A stretch of 64,000 bases of DNA from Cyanidioschyzon merolae. Taxonomy: Eukaryota. Every line of letters starts with the position of its first letter. Position 1 is the first letter of the stretch. The stretch lies in assembly GCA_000091205.1 (NCBI GenBank), contig AP006497.2. One strand, 5' to 3'. Made by a program: the position numbers and the translations under genes. Shown piece by piece: positions 18,767 to 30,732 of this stretch. A model generated the notes under the pieces. The model had not been told where the DNA came from and searched no databases. It was given only the letters and a program-made list of their open reading frames with translations.

Positions 18767-21763
18767 ATGCACTACCCGGCGGGGAACGCACTGCAGCTCG
18801 GCTTTGAGCAGTGTTACTGGAGCCTTGTGGCGCCAAATGCTTGTCCGACGAACAACTCAGCTACTAGTGTATGCGGCGAGTGGGAGCCTGTCCCTGTAGT
18901 GGACGCGGTTCCAGCCCAGAGAGCTGACAGCGGAGCGAGACGATCGAGCTATGAGAAGCTTGTTGCCGCTTCTAGCGGTGACGACTCGAGTGTGCGGCTC
19001 GTTTGCGGCTCAGTGCCTGGTCACTTGTGCAGTGAACCTCGTTGCTCTATGACTGTGCTTTACTTTGAACCTGCGTTCGGACGCATGACGGATCACTTGC
19101 TCTGGATCGAAGAGCAGCCCGATGAAGGCCCTCTAACCGGCAACGCCGTCTTCGTCATGGAAAAGGCCACACATCAAGTGGAAATAGGATGGACGCAGTG
19201 GTCCATCAACCTACGACTGCACCCGCACCTGCAGTTCATTGCATGGGAGCCACCCATACGGAGCGCAGCTGGTGCGTCGCTCATGCTGCATCCTCAAAAC
19301 GGCGGTATGCAGCTCGCGTGGGTGGAGCTGCAGTTTGCTGCTGGAGAAGACTCTGCGCTGGTATATCTGTTGAGTGCTAAGGAGCTTCAACGGCTTCAGT
19401 TGACTCGCAGGCACGCTCGCCAATGGGAAATAGCGGATCTGGATTGCATTGAAATGGTCGTTCCGCTGCCGACACCAGTGCATAGAATCCTGCGATGGAT
19501 TCGGCCTTTTGTCGATTCTGACAAAGCCGTGGTTTTGCTCCATGAAAATCAGATATGCTCACTGCCTTCCGCCCAGCGCATCGACTTGAGTGCTCTAATC
19601 CAACCGAAAGGTCGCATTGATGATGTTGTTGCGCTCACCGATGATCGCATGCGGCAGGTGTGGCTCGCTCGCTGTGTCGATGGAACGACACACGCGATAG
19701 AGGTCGATGCCTCGTTTCGAGCGAGCCCGCTACCGATGATACCCACGTATCGAATGTGGCCGAGTGGTCGACTAGAGGCCACACGACCGCCAATTCCTCG
19801 TGTGTACGTAGTTCGTCAACCACGTTTCCCCGCTGTTGCGATGACGCAGCCAGATGCAGTTACCGCATCGATAGATGGTGATCGGGCGTCGCTCGCTCGA
19901 CATGCGGACGAAGGGCATCCAGCTGGGGCTGTGAGCCTCAGCTCACCATCACACGGAGCGAGGTCAGAGAGCGGCCCATCGCGTGCCTGCATAGTCACAG
20001 AACGCGACTCCGGCGGAATGCGCAGCCCACGATTGTTGCCCGGAAACTTTGTACCGAATCCGCTGACACAATCGCTGTCATCAAAGCGATCGGGGTCAGC
20101 GTGCAGCGATGTACTACCGACTGAAGACCCCGCACAGGGACATTCGTCGATGTCGATGTCGATGACCACCGCAGTCGGCGAGTCGGCACCGAATAGAAGC
20201 CTCGATAAGCGGTCGACGCATCGTTCTGCAGCGCAACGCATCCTCTATTCTACCGGATCCGGAGTCTGCCTCGTTGAGCTCGATGTTTCAAGCGGCGCTG
20301 TAGGCGAGCACATGGTCGTGGACGGAGTAGTTACCGGTCTGTGTTTCTTCGACAGCAGAGAGGCGTTGGTCGTACTGCGCTTGCCGGGCGATCCGCTGAT
20401 GAACGAGCGCATCGCTTGCTTCCCTGCGCACGTAGTGCATCCTTGGTTGACTGAGGGCCGGCAAGGTGCCTGGCCCTTTGCACCGCCGTGCTCCATGGAA
20501 CTTATGCTGGACGCAGTTACCGAAATTGCTGAAGATCGTCAGGCGCGCTTGCAGGAGCAACACGAGCAGCTTGAACGCACGCTGCTGGCGATGCGTCCCG
20601 CCCCGCAGTACGCTTACCTGCTCGGCAAGAACGAGCACGATCGTGAGCGCCTTGCCACCTTGTTCTCGGTGGGTGTCCGAACAGAGCGTGGCTTCGCAGA
20701 AGCGCCGTCATTACGGGTCGCTATACGCCTGTCGAGTGAGATCAGGGATGCGTCTGGGAGTCGACAGGAATTACCATCGCTCTCGGATGCCTGCAGCTTT
20801 GTCGTGCACTTGGGTGCGGCATTGGAAGCCATACCTGGTCCTCTTGCTGGCGCTTGCATGGACAACTTGAACGTGGTGCGATGCATCCCGGCCGGAGACT
20901 GGGTAAGCGCCACCGAAGAGCGTGTGATGCTGGTACCCTTGCCCGCCAACTCCCATGCACCAGTGCGGCTACTGGTGCTGCTCTGCTTTCATGGCCGTTT
21001 GGAGGATCCCGAAGCAGCATCGGCAGCAGTTGCGTCTGCGTCTGGATCGGAGGCTTGGCAGTTAGCTCCGCGAGGTAGCCAAGCCTGGTGGCTCGTGCTG
21101 ACAGAGCGGCATCTCGATGTATTCGACCTCGTCGAGCGCGTCACGGGTGCGGATTTTGCGGCAGCGCTACCCCTGGCACCATATCATCAAAAGCCGACTT
21201 GGTACGGCGACGTACCGATTTTGCCAGCAAGGAAGCGGCCGCGCTGCCAGCGACTTGTTGCTGGTATACCCGGGGCCGTTCTGCGCGAGACGTTCCCGTC
21301 GTGCTGGTCAAACGGCGATGATCGAGACACTGCTACGATTTTCGTTGAGACGCTGCTGGGCAGCAGATTCCAAGTACACATACAACGCCAGGACTCGGAC
21401 CTGGCTCGCTTCCAGGTCCAATTCAGCGGCCCGCTGGACGTGATTTCGTGGGCACGAGTTGCGCTCCGGGAGCGCTGCGACCGACATCGCTCTAGGCGTG
21501 AGGCGGCAGAGGCGCTCCCGGTCAGCGGAGGGCGCGCAGCGTCCAGGACGCCTCACCTGGTGGATTCTGAGTTTCTCAAAGCTTGGCTTGGCGCGCGAAC
21601 AGGGTCGTCAGCGCCTCCATTGTACCCGCGAACGACTGCAATGCCACTTAGACCAACTCCAGCGGAAGAGAGGCATCTGCTCGCCTGGATCCGCGACGGA
21701 TTAGCGACCTTTTCGGAACGTCTCGAGTCTGCGGAGCGGGTGTACGGCATCATTGCGCCTTAA
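18767..21763 (+). CDS. Large hypothetical protein of 998 aa with no recognisable domain.
   Basis: It is a single uninterrupted ORF with an ATG start. Its composition is not merely low-complexity. I could recognise no motif. Confidence 0.45.
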   Translation: MHYPAGNALQLGFEQCYWSLVAPNACPTNNSATSVCGEWEPVPVVDAVPAQRADSGARRSSYEKLVAASSGDDSSVRLVCGSVPGHLCSEPRCSMTVLYFEPAFGRMTDHLLWIEEQPDEGPLTGNAVFVMEKATHQVEIGWTQWSINLRLHPHLQFIAWEPPIRSAAGASLMLHPQNGGMQLAWVELQFAAGEDSALVYLLSAKELQRLQLTRRHARQWEIADLDCIEMVVPLPTPVHRILRWIRPFVDSDKAVVLLHENQICSLPSAQRIDLSALIQPKGRIDDVVALTDDRMRQVWLARCVDGTTHAIEVDASFRASPLPMIPTYRMWPSGRLEATRPPIPRVYVVRQPRFPAVAMTQPDAVTASIDGDRASLARHADEGHPAGAVSLSSPSHGARSESGPSRACIVTERDSGGMRSPRLLPGNFVPNPLTQSLSSKRSGSACSDVLPTEDPAQGHSSMSMSMTTAVGESAPNRSLDKRSTHRSAAQRILYSTGSGVCLVELDVSSGAVGEHMVVDGVVTGLCFFDSREALVVLRLPGDPLMNERIACFPAHVVHPWLTEGRQGAWPFAPPCSMELMLDAVTEIAEDRQARLQEQHEQLERTLLAMRPAPQYAYLLGKNEHDRERLATLFSVGVRTERGFAEAPSLRVAIRLSSEIRDASGSRQELPSLSDACSFVVHLGAALEAIPGPLAGACMDNLNVVRCIPAGDWVSATEERVMLVPLPANSHAPVRLLVLLCFHGRLEDPEAASAAVASASGSEAWQLAPRGSQAWWLVLTERHLDVFDLVERVTGADFAAALPLAPYHQKPTWYGDVPILPARKRPRCQRLVAGIPGAVLRETFPSCWSNGDDRDTATIFVETLLGSRFQVHIQRQDSDLARFQVQFSGPLDVISWARVALRERCDRHRSRREAAEALPVSGGRAASRTPHLVDSEFLKAWLGARTGSSAPPLYPRTTAMPLRPTPAEERHLLAWIRDGLATFSERLESAERVYGIIAP

Positions 21764-23571
21764 GCTCTGCTATGGACGAACGTTGAAATCACCGCTTGCT
21801 CAGTGTCGCTTGCGGAAACGAACAAACGCAAGATGGAAACGAGGTACCCCGGGCAACATCGCCGCCCGTATTGGAGCTGTTGTCGTCACAGGACGCTAAC
21901 GTGCTTGCTCCTGTGCGACGAGCTTGACGTGAGTGCGTACACATTCCCGACGTACGCTCGTATCTGCTGGCAGCGTTTGTCTGAACCTTGCGTGGCACCG
22001 ACCAGGCACTTGGCTTACCTTTTCTCACCAGGCAGTCTTTGTCTGAATTGATGATGTTGAACGGTTGAGCATGCCTCTGGTTGCTCGACTAAGCTTCAGG
22101 TGTCCCGAACGACATGCAAGTGCGTATTCCATCGATCGGTACGGTTCCTGTAGACTCCCTGCTGTGTCCTCGCTGTAATGTTCGGGATTCTCCCTATTGA
22201 TATCTTTCAGTCTGGAGGCGTTGACAACGATTCCAGACTGAGGTTACCGCTTCGACCGTTATCCATCCATGTTTATCCTCTTTCCGTACAAATTTTGGTC
22301 TTCTCTGTGCGATGATTTCTTCTTTTTTTGGTTTTTACTTGCCTGGATAGAATGGATTTGATCGCTGCGCATCATATCCGTTTGTGCATCCTCGGTGTTC
22401 AGACACATGCGATGCACAGCGGCATAGATATTCGCTTTTCTCTATCGATCTATATATCTGCAATTTTCTGAGTACTTTCCGGTCATCTTCCCCCTCGCGA
22501 GCACGCCAACAGATCAAAGCGCGTCTTCCCGCGCCTTATCGTACAAGAGCAGAGAACCCACACATCTGTTCTGGACTGCTCAAAGTAGACAAAAACTTGT
22601 CATACACTTTCAGTGCCGTGGGTGCGAAAGACTCGTCCATGGATCTCTCTGCATGCAGCTGACATACGACATCACAGAAGACGCTTTCGATTGCACGATA
22701 CCCGGGAGCATGTGCTGATCCCAAGCGCACCTCGAAGGTCAACCGCTGCTGCATGCTCCCTGACCAATTTTGAGTGACGGAAAATAACGTTGTTATCGAG
22801 CATGACAGAAAAACATCGCATGGAACTAGCGCAAAGCACTTCAACGGAGAATGACACACATAGAACGATTCTATTCGTTCGGCGATCAACATGCGATCAC
22901 GAAATGGATGGGCGCCTAGTACGAATCTTGTCGCCGTGCTCGCTTGGGTCGTGCTCTCGGCCAGCAGTTTGCGTTTCTACGAGTGCACAAACAATTTCTC
23001 TGATTTTTCTCCACTGAATAATCGTCCAGTGAAACAGACATCCGTCCCAGATGAAGCAAGATTCTGTAAGAATCAGCACAGAATCAGTTGTGCGCGAGAC
23101 CCGACGCGTGAGCGTCTCCGATCGAAGCGTACCGCTTTTGCCTCGCTCATTGCTGTCCGCATGAAGGGTATGAGAACCTCATCTCCTGAGGGTACTCTAA
23201 CCATTTATCTCAGAGAGTATGAAGAATGCATATATTGACGAGGAGGTACGCTTGGAAGTCGAATCTGGTGCATTCTGTTTTGCGTATAGTACGCACCGTA
23301 TAAAGACGAGAAGTTGTTCATTCATTTGCTGACCGTAGAGTAACTGACCTGGACAAGTAGGGTCGTTTTCGGCAAGCCACCAGTGACAGTACCCACTCGC
23401 TCAGCGATACGCTTCTTCTGATGAATATCTGCGAGCAAAACACTCAAACTCAACATGCTCGTGCTGCCACCGGTCATCCAGAATGCACGGCGCTGCGTGT
23501 CATGCACCGTATACAGCGTGCACTGGATTGCGGCAACGTTTCGCGATCCACTCAAGTATAACTCCTCAAGT

Positions 23572-25587
23572 TTATGACTTGTTCTGGTTGGATTCACTGC
23601 CTTCCAGCACGGACGGCATGCGATACAACCGCAACGACTGTCGATGCGCTTCTTTTGTCAAGATCGCCCGCTCCCCATCCGCGAGTAAACTGAAACATAC
23701 TTGGACTAAATGGTTCATGATTCCCCACATATTCCGCGTATTCACGCCAATCTGCTTCGCAAATTCGTTCGGCTTGTATGCCTGCATACCCAGGATCACG
23801 TGATTGCGTGTATCACGAGGGTTGACCCGCGACACAAAGCCCAGTTTCAGCTGATCCGCGCCAGCTATCAGCGCTAACACTGTCCAGCGAACGAGTTTGG
23901 CGGTGTGATTGCGCAGCTCCGTCGCCAAAACACTGCCACGCTGGGCGTCGAGACGTGTACGCCAGTCGCCCACACCTCCCCCGGCAGTGGCACCAGCAGC
24001 GCCTACAGCACTTCCAGAGCTGCCGCCAGCGCGTACATTCGTGTCCGGTATTTCGTTGAGCGCGCGCAAAAGGATCAAGGCCGGAGCAGTGGATTCTCCC
24101 GCAAACGCTGGTCCAGTAGTTTCCAGTGCTGCATCAACTTCACAGCGCGCAATCAGTTCCAGCTCATCCGACAGCTCCCATCGGCGATAGCGGTAACCCA
24201 CGAGAACCGCATCCGTCGCACTGTCGGTGAAAGGGCTCTCGCCAGCAAACCGATACGGCTCAAGGTCAGCGCGGAGCACGCTCTGAGAAAAGTTGTGATT
24301 GATACGTGCCGCTTCCAGAGCGTTGCTTTGCGCCTGCTGAAGTGCAAACAGCATGTTGGCCCCAGCAAAGGCCAGTCCAGAGCGCTGACTGTTATCCGTA
24401 ATGGTCTCGAACATGGTAAGCGTCTCTACCTGGCTATCTGGACGCCTGTCGATAACCAGCACGTTACCGTGCCGTTCGACGACCACATCCCATGGATAGC
24501 TCGATTTCGGAGCCGCCATCAGCAGTGCCAGCAGCGGCCCTGTGGTGAGCACGCGTCGTTTCTCCGTGGGCGCGTCAGCTGCTCCATGATCGCTGTGCTC
24601 TAAATCGCTCCGATAGGACTGCATACGTGGATCTTCATTGACAGTTGGATAGAGTCGCTTGCGCTGCTCGAAGGATGCCAGCGGCCGAGGTTGCTTGCAC
24701 GAAATACGATCACAGCTCTTGTCGTAGTAGCTAACTGCTCCGCGTTCACAGAGCATTTCCGCTTCCGGGATATCTTGTCCGAGTTCCATCTTGATCAGCT
24801 TCGCAAAGGGTATTTCAACCAGCAGCGTCCACTGAGAGGTGCCCTCTAGTGTCAGCAGCGGTACTGCGTCCACAAATGGACTCAGCAAGCTTTCGTCGCG
24901 GTTGCTTGCCTGGGCGTTTCCGGTACGTGCGAGCTGGGTCGTCGGTGCGCCGGCTGCTCCGAGGAGCGGCGTCGTTGCACTGGTTTGCTTGCCCGCGCCA
25001 AAAGCACCCGACACACTCGAGCCGGCAGCCGTTGATGCCACCGCTCCACCGCGTGCAAGCGCTGCTGCTGTTGTACGTCTCGCCGGGGCACCGCCCCGAG
25101 CAGCCCCAGCACCACCTCCATAGCCAGAACGCTGCTGCTCTCGGTAGGCGCCATAACCCGCTTGAGCTGCACGCTCTCGACCGGATCCTTCGACAAGCGT
25201 GAAGCCCTCGTTCCCTGCAGATCGGCTTCCAGCGCCCGTGAACCGGGTTGTAGCCAGTGCGGACTCTTCGTCGCCGAGGCCGTTCGTTAGCCCCGTCGAC
25301 GCTCGACCGCGCTCGCGAGGCGTTGCCTTCTGGTGACGTCGACCCCGTCTTCCTAGCTCATCCTCTCTTGTATCCTCTTCTGCAGCCCATACGCTTTGGG
25401 CATCATTGCCGATCTGGGACGCTGCTGCTGCTCCCGCAAAGTCCGCTACCCGTCCGAGTCGCTCCAGCCGAGTGAACGGGGCGTACGGCACGTGGCGATA
25501 GCGATCGGGCCCCAAGTCCAGTGGTGGTCCCCAGCCCTCGGGATTTTCATAGAAACTGAGTCGTTCATAGAGCGCACCAGAGGGCAT
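23572..25587 (-). CDS. EIF3D: Eukaryotic translation initiation factor 3 subunit D.
   Basis: MPSGALYERLSFYENPEGWGPP...PYAPFTRLERLGRVADF matches the eIF3d N-terminus (DNPSGWGP...PYQPFSKGDRLGKVADW). YPWDVVVERHGNVLVIDRR and EAARINHNFSQS are conserved. The C-terminus KLGFVSRVNPRDTRNHVILGMQAYKPNEFAKQIG...NMWGI is also conserved. ATG at 25587, since the track start at 25653 is TTG. Confidence 0.9.
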   Translation of the reverse strand: MPSGALYERLSFYENPEGWGPPLDLGPDRYRHVPYAPFTRLERLGRVADFAGAAAASQIGNDAQSVWAAEEDTREDELGRRGRRHQKATPRERGRASTGLTNGLGDEESALATTRFTGAGSRSAGNEGFTLVEGSGRERAAQAGYGAYREQQRSGYGGGAGAARGGAPARRTTAAALARGGAVASTAAGSSVSGAFGAGKQTSATTPLLGAAGAPTTQLARTGNAQASNRDESLLSPFVDAVPLLTLEGTSQWTLLVEIPFAKLIKMELGQDIPEAEMLCERGAVSYYDKSCDRISCKQPRPLASFEQRKRLYPTVNEDPRMQSYRSDLEHSDHGAADAPTEKRRVLTTGPLLALLMAAPKSSYPWDVVVERHGNVLVIDRRPDSQVETLTMFETITDNSQRSGLAFAGANMLFALQQAQSNALEAARINHNFSQSVLRADLEPYRFAGESPFTDSATDAVLVGYRYRRWELSDELELIARCEVDAALETTGPAFAGESTAPALILLRALNEIPDTNVRAGGSSGSAVGAAGATAGGGVGDWRTRLDAQRGSVLATELRNHTAKLVRWTVLALIAGADQLKLGFVSRVNPRDTRNHVILGMQAYKPNEFAKQIGVNTRNMWGIMNHLVQVCFSLLADGERAILTKEAHRQSLRLYRMPSVLEGSESNQNKS

Positions 25588-26094
25588 AGCTGGTGTCAAA
25601 CGAATGAAGCTGATTCTTGGCAGACAAGGGCGCTCACTGATACCCGACTGCAAACATGAAGGACGCAGCAGCGGCGCCGCTGCATCCGTAGGCTCTGATC
25701 GCTTCCGTTCACGAATAAGCAGACTGCATTGCTTTAACGACTGACTTTTTTTAACGACAGCTCTGGTATCCTGGATGAACTGAGGTTGCTTTTTAGTTCA
25801 TCGGTAACATCGGCGTATGCGGTAGAAAGCTGGATAGGTTCATCTATCTTGGACCGGAAAAGCCGATTTGGGTGTAGGGTACGCGGAACCGTTTGCAGAA
25901 GAACTGGGTTTGCACTCTTTGCCCTTCATTAGTGATATTCACGTTTTCCTAAGCGACCAAGGGCGCTTTGCGTTACACCCCGCGAAGACGTCATCGAAGA
26001 CAAGAGGCGGGGCACGTGTGCACCGAGACAACGCGGCAGCGAACGGTAACCTTCGAAGCAGTCGCGGTGCTTTCGACACCGTACGAGTTATTGA

Positions 26095-27126
26095 ATGGAG
26101 GCGCAAGAGCGTTCTGTCGATGACGCAAAGGACACCTGTATTGGACAGAAACTTTCGAAACGAAGACCTGTTGGCTGCAGCGTGGATTGCGCGTTGGGCT
26201 TCAGCGCTCCGAGCGGACCGCCTACGGTACCGCTCCGCCGGGTGCTCCTGCCAGCGTCTCGCGTTAGAACGCCTCCATGTCGTGAGGCGTCCCGTTCAGG
26301 AACAGTGTGCTCCACGAGAAACGTTCCCGGAATCGCCCGTATTGCTTGCAAGTCCAGAGGAGCGTTGCGAGCACGAAAAATTGGTACACAGCGAGCTGTG
26401 ATCGTACTTCGGCACGCACAGCGACCACCGTTACTTTGGGGAAAACCGTCGCCAGCACTAGTCTTTGGTCTGGGAACCCTGCTTGCTGCTGCACTGGTCT
26501 GGAACCGTCTGGCGAACCTAACACTGGTGGAAGGTACACGAGCGCGTGCCGATCTCGTAGGTGCGATTGCAAGCAGTGCGCTCCTGTTGTATGCGGTGAG
26601 TGCCTGGCAAATAGAGGTTCGCAGCACAGCTCCGGTACGCATTCGGGACGGGCACCATCTAGAGCAGACAGAGACTATTGCCTTGGGAGGCGAACTTGAA
26701 ACCGCCTTGGCATGGCTCATTGATACGGTGTTTGGGGCGTGCGCGAATGTCACGACTGCGGTCTGGCTGACAGGTGATAATACCGGCCGCATCGTTGCCC
26801 AGCGGGGCATGGTCAAGGCAGCACTTGGATCCCAGGTTGATCTAAGGCGTTTTGAAGAGCTGGGCGTATTGAACCTCCGCGACCCGGTGAGCTCAAGGTA
26901 CTTTGCGGACCTGAAAACCGTCCCACGAAGCATCGAGTGGCAACAACTGCTACCAGCGGATACACAGTCCGCCTGGCTGGGTACCTTTAAGGCGCCACTC
27001 CAGCGTGATGGATCGCAACCTGCCCAGTCTTGTTTTCTGCTGATCCTTGGTTGCAACAAGATACGAGGTTTCTTGGATAAGGACCTGGAGATGTTGGCAT
27101 GCTTCCAGCAGCAGTGGATGCCATGA
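26095..27126 (+). CDS. Hypothetical membrane protein with two predicted TM helices followed by a soluble domain. It could be a plastid-type assembly factor, which is speculative.
   Basis: ATG start. The hydrophobic segments are PSPALVFGLGTLLAAALVW and LVGAIASSALLLYAVSAW. A same-length antisense ORF (26088-27191 minus) is R/S/A-rich and judged spurious. Confidence 0.3.
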   Translation: MEAQERSVDDAKDTCIGQKLSKRRPVGCSVDCALGFSAPSGPPTVPLRRVLLPASRVRTPPCREASRSGTVCSTRNVPGIARIACKSRGALRARKIGTQRAVIVLRHAQRPPLLWGKPSPALVFGLGTLLAAALVWNRLANLTLVEGTRARADLVGAIASSALLLYAVSAWQIEVRSTAPVRIRDGHHLEQTETIALGGELETALAWLIDTVFGACANVTTAVWLTGDNTGRIVAQRGMVKAALGSQVDLRRFEELGVLNLRDPVSSRYFADLKTVPRSIEWQQLLPADTQSAWLGTFKAPLQRDGSQPAQSCFLLILGCNKIRGFLDKDLEMLACFQQQWMP

Positions 27127-29737
27127 TGCAGCAGAGCGAAGGACGACATTCGTCGTCGACGGGAGCAGCGGCCGGTCGCCGTGTTCCGCATGACCAGGAT
27201 TTGCGTGGGAGTCCCAATGCTGTGGAGAGGAGAGCTGCCGAACTCCTTCGGGCTCGAGTGGCTGCATGCGACAGCGTCTCCTACAATCTAAAGGAGATAT
27301 CTGTGAACGCCCGACAACTACGCGAACTTAACATCAATCAATGCACTACCTTCCGTTTGGTATCGTACCGCTCGAGGGCATGCTGCGTGGACCATGCGCG
27401 CTCTCCCTGGTATTTCTACGGCGAGTGTTGCGCTGGATATCCGAAGAGCTGCAGGCGCGTTCATCGGACAACTTAACTGTAGTTTCGCTGCCGTCAGCCA
27501 ACGAGCGCCTTCCTCGCATATTCAGGATAATGAAGCTAACCTAGGGACAGCGCTGGCATACTCATATCGCCATCGTGGCGTTCGCGTGTGCCGCGCGCTC
27601 AACACCGGTGTCAGGTGATCGTAGAGCATTGAACAGCTCGCGATGTTCCCGCCTTGGGATCTTGTTCAGAACCTTTTCATGGATATATAGCCTCAAAATT
27701 CGAAGTAAAGCAATAGGGGTTTATGGATGCAAACGAGGTTTTAGGATTCGCGGTTGTCGTTTTCCAATGCCTGCTTCGACGCGCTGCCGCTGGGACCCTG
27801 TACGCTACGAGAATCAAGATGATTCGCAAAGAAATCAAAAAAGGATCTCGTGAAATAACCATAACCGACACCCACTGCATACGTCCTAGCGTCGACGCTT
27901 CTCTTTTGTTTACGTGTAGCGCGCTCAAATAACACATTCTTCAAGTCTTCGATCTTTCAAGGCAATTCGTAGGCGCTGCGATTCACGCCGCTTGATGAAC
28001 GAGGGAACAGAACTCGAAGTCATGTCTTGGCTAATTTTGCACCTGCTCATGCCGAAACTTCATTGAACCGCTCACCTAAAATAATCATCTCTGCTCGAAA
28101 GAAAAACCATCGTCTTTGGGCGAACAACGACGAACCGGCGTTCCCTAACAGCCTCAGCATGATACCCCTCACGGGATGTGCGCCTTGAGGCACCCGCATC
28201 CTCTGTTTGCACGTAAAGGGTCTCGGACTAGGCCTTGAGTCGGTGCAGTGATGCTTTCCAGTGGAGCGTGCGACATCCCGGTACAAGAAGCGAGCCGAGG
28301 CAGGTCGAAATCGCTCGCTTTGATCCCCATTCTCGATTTTCCTTCTGGTACGTGTGCGGCATCATGGATAACCTCGGGTGCCACAAATCTTCTGTGCTAT
28401 GGAGCAGCATGCGCTAGTGTGTGCGGCGGAGCGCTTTCTCGCCAAGGATATCAACCAGACCAGACCCGTGATCGTAGAATACGGCATCGAGCGCGGAAAA
28501 GGAGCAGGGCATCGAGAGTAGCGTTCTGTTCAGGTCATGCGTATGTACAGCACAGAGAGTCAAGCGGTCACGTGCCACAATACGAATCCCAGTTGAGGAG
28601 TCATTGGAGAGGGTATGGGCATAGGTGTCACCTGTCGAGTGTCACCTTGGCGAAATGCGCACCGAGGCTGCATACAAGTACGATGCAACTGGCGAGCGAA
28701 GCGTCGATCACCACGACTGTCTATATATGGAATGCGTCGACAACAGCTGGCAGCCAAGAAATCGGGACTTGAACAATGCCATCAGCATGCTTCGACCACT
28801 GACAACGAAGCTGGAGGAGCGGCGAGACTGGCGTCCTTGAAGCCGGCGATAAGAGACAGAAAACCGGTCCAGTTGCGGAAAACGCTCGCAAATTCTCGTG
28901 GCGGTGATCGTGAGAAGAGGCCCGAAAAATAATTATATCGTACACTCGACTAACAAGGCCCGCTTCTTTTCATGCCGACGTGGGTGTAAACCCGTCGACG
29001 CAGCCGGCCCCGTCATCCGACCAGATACTGCAAGGACACATGTCAGAATACGGTGCACTCGTACCAGCAGTTCGGTGTGGCGCTCACCACCATCGGATCA
29101 TGCCGTACGCAAGCAATCGATCAATACAAGACGCCCGAGAAGACAGTTCATCGACAACTCGATCACCGCTATGTCGGATAAACCCGCCTTTTTACCGTCG
29201 CCAATGCTTCGATTCGTCTGAGAAGCATGATCGATTCTGTCGGAATGAGCGTCGAATGAAAACGGCGGACTGCGTTCTGGAACCGCAGCGAACTCGGATA
29301 CGAGATCCCCACCCCGGGAACAGCTCTTTAGGGACAGAGACTCCTGGGCCTGTAGACAAGCGGAACAAACGTCGCGGTCAAGATGCACGCGTACGAATCT
29401 CGGTATCGTCGAATCCCGAACCCGACATGACACCGCAACGCCTACCCGATCCGGAGCCGGAGAGAGTTCATGCTGTGGATATACTCAAGTCGAGTTGGCC
29501 TCGTTAAGCGTTTCACCGGAACGCGACACAATGCCCAGATGTAGCGACACGATCAGCAATGATAGCACCAACATTGCGTCCGCTGGAGCATCATAGCATT
29601 CGTTTGCTATCCGATACGAACGTCGATTCAGTACAAGCGGGCATGCCAGCCCAGACTAGGAAGTTCCCAGTCCGAAAGGCGTCGTCATGCAGTGCTGGAT
29701 TCCATTTTACGACGATTGCGGTGAGTATCTGTACCGC

Positions 29738-29785
29738 TGCTGCTGCGGCTGGTGGCGGTGGTGGCGGTGGCGGCGGCGGCGGTGA
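29738..29785. repeat. (GGC/GGT)n microsatellite, encoding poly-Gly on one strand and poly-Pro on the other.
   Basis: The run ggtggcggtggtggcggtggcggcggcggcggtg is read directly from the sequence. Confidence 0.9.
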
Positions 29786-30732
29786 TATCCGTCCAGACCG
29801 CCGCGTAACCCAGCCAGCAAGCAGCCGTGAACATGCAACAGGGCCACAACACCCAGTTCTGCACACCCTCGCCTACAGACTCATTCGAAAGATGGTGAAT
29901 AAAGAATACTGGTAGTGTATATCTTCATTGCAACCGCTCGAGCGTGGTGCAAGACACAGTTCTAATCATCGTCTGTAAGCAGTAGGTGGATGACGTCTGC
30001 GGCATCGGCAGCGATGATAGCGCGGGTTGCATCCCCGCGGCCTCGCTTGCCGTTTTGCGTTTCATGCGCACTAACATGAATTCGCGTGCTCGATGACGCT
30101 TCTTGCAAGGCATGAACGCATGCCCGATGACAAGCGCCCACCTGAACTTGACTGCTAGAAAGCAAAGCAGGTGCAGTTTCCTAATCGTTCCAGCAGAAGC
30201 ACCACCGCGTAGGCTCTTCCCATTTTGTTTTTGGTGAACCGCCGTTTCGGAACTTGCCGCGAGACTTCCTGCGCCCGTCAAGGGCGTGCTCCGATATCGT
30301 ACGCGCATCGCTTGCGAGCAAGACGGTGCGATTCGTCGTACTCGATCGCTGTTGCTGGTGGCAGCGTTAGCGCTTGTCTCGCGCCCCGAGTATCAGCGCT
30401 CAGCCGCTGATGATGTCCATCGCGTTTCGTGCCTGCCCGTGCGCTTGCTACCCAAGGGGCTGCTAGCTCGCGGGTCCATGTTGCGGTGAAGCGGTCGTCT
30501 GAAGCACAAGATGCAGTCGTCAGGCGTTCCTGACGGTCGCGCACGCGCTCCGACCCAGAGAGCTCTCTCCTCCGAGCATCGCCGAGCAGGACGCCAATTC
30601 GCTCTCCCGGACCGAGGTTCATCAACGAGTCCAGTACCGGTAGACGTCATCGGTTTTGAAACAGAAGAGGACTCCAACCGACTTCGAGCACTTCTCTGTC
30701 CCCAGATGGACGCTGGACACAAATACACGCGC

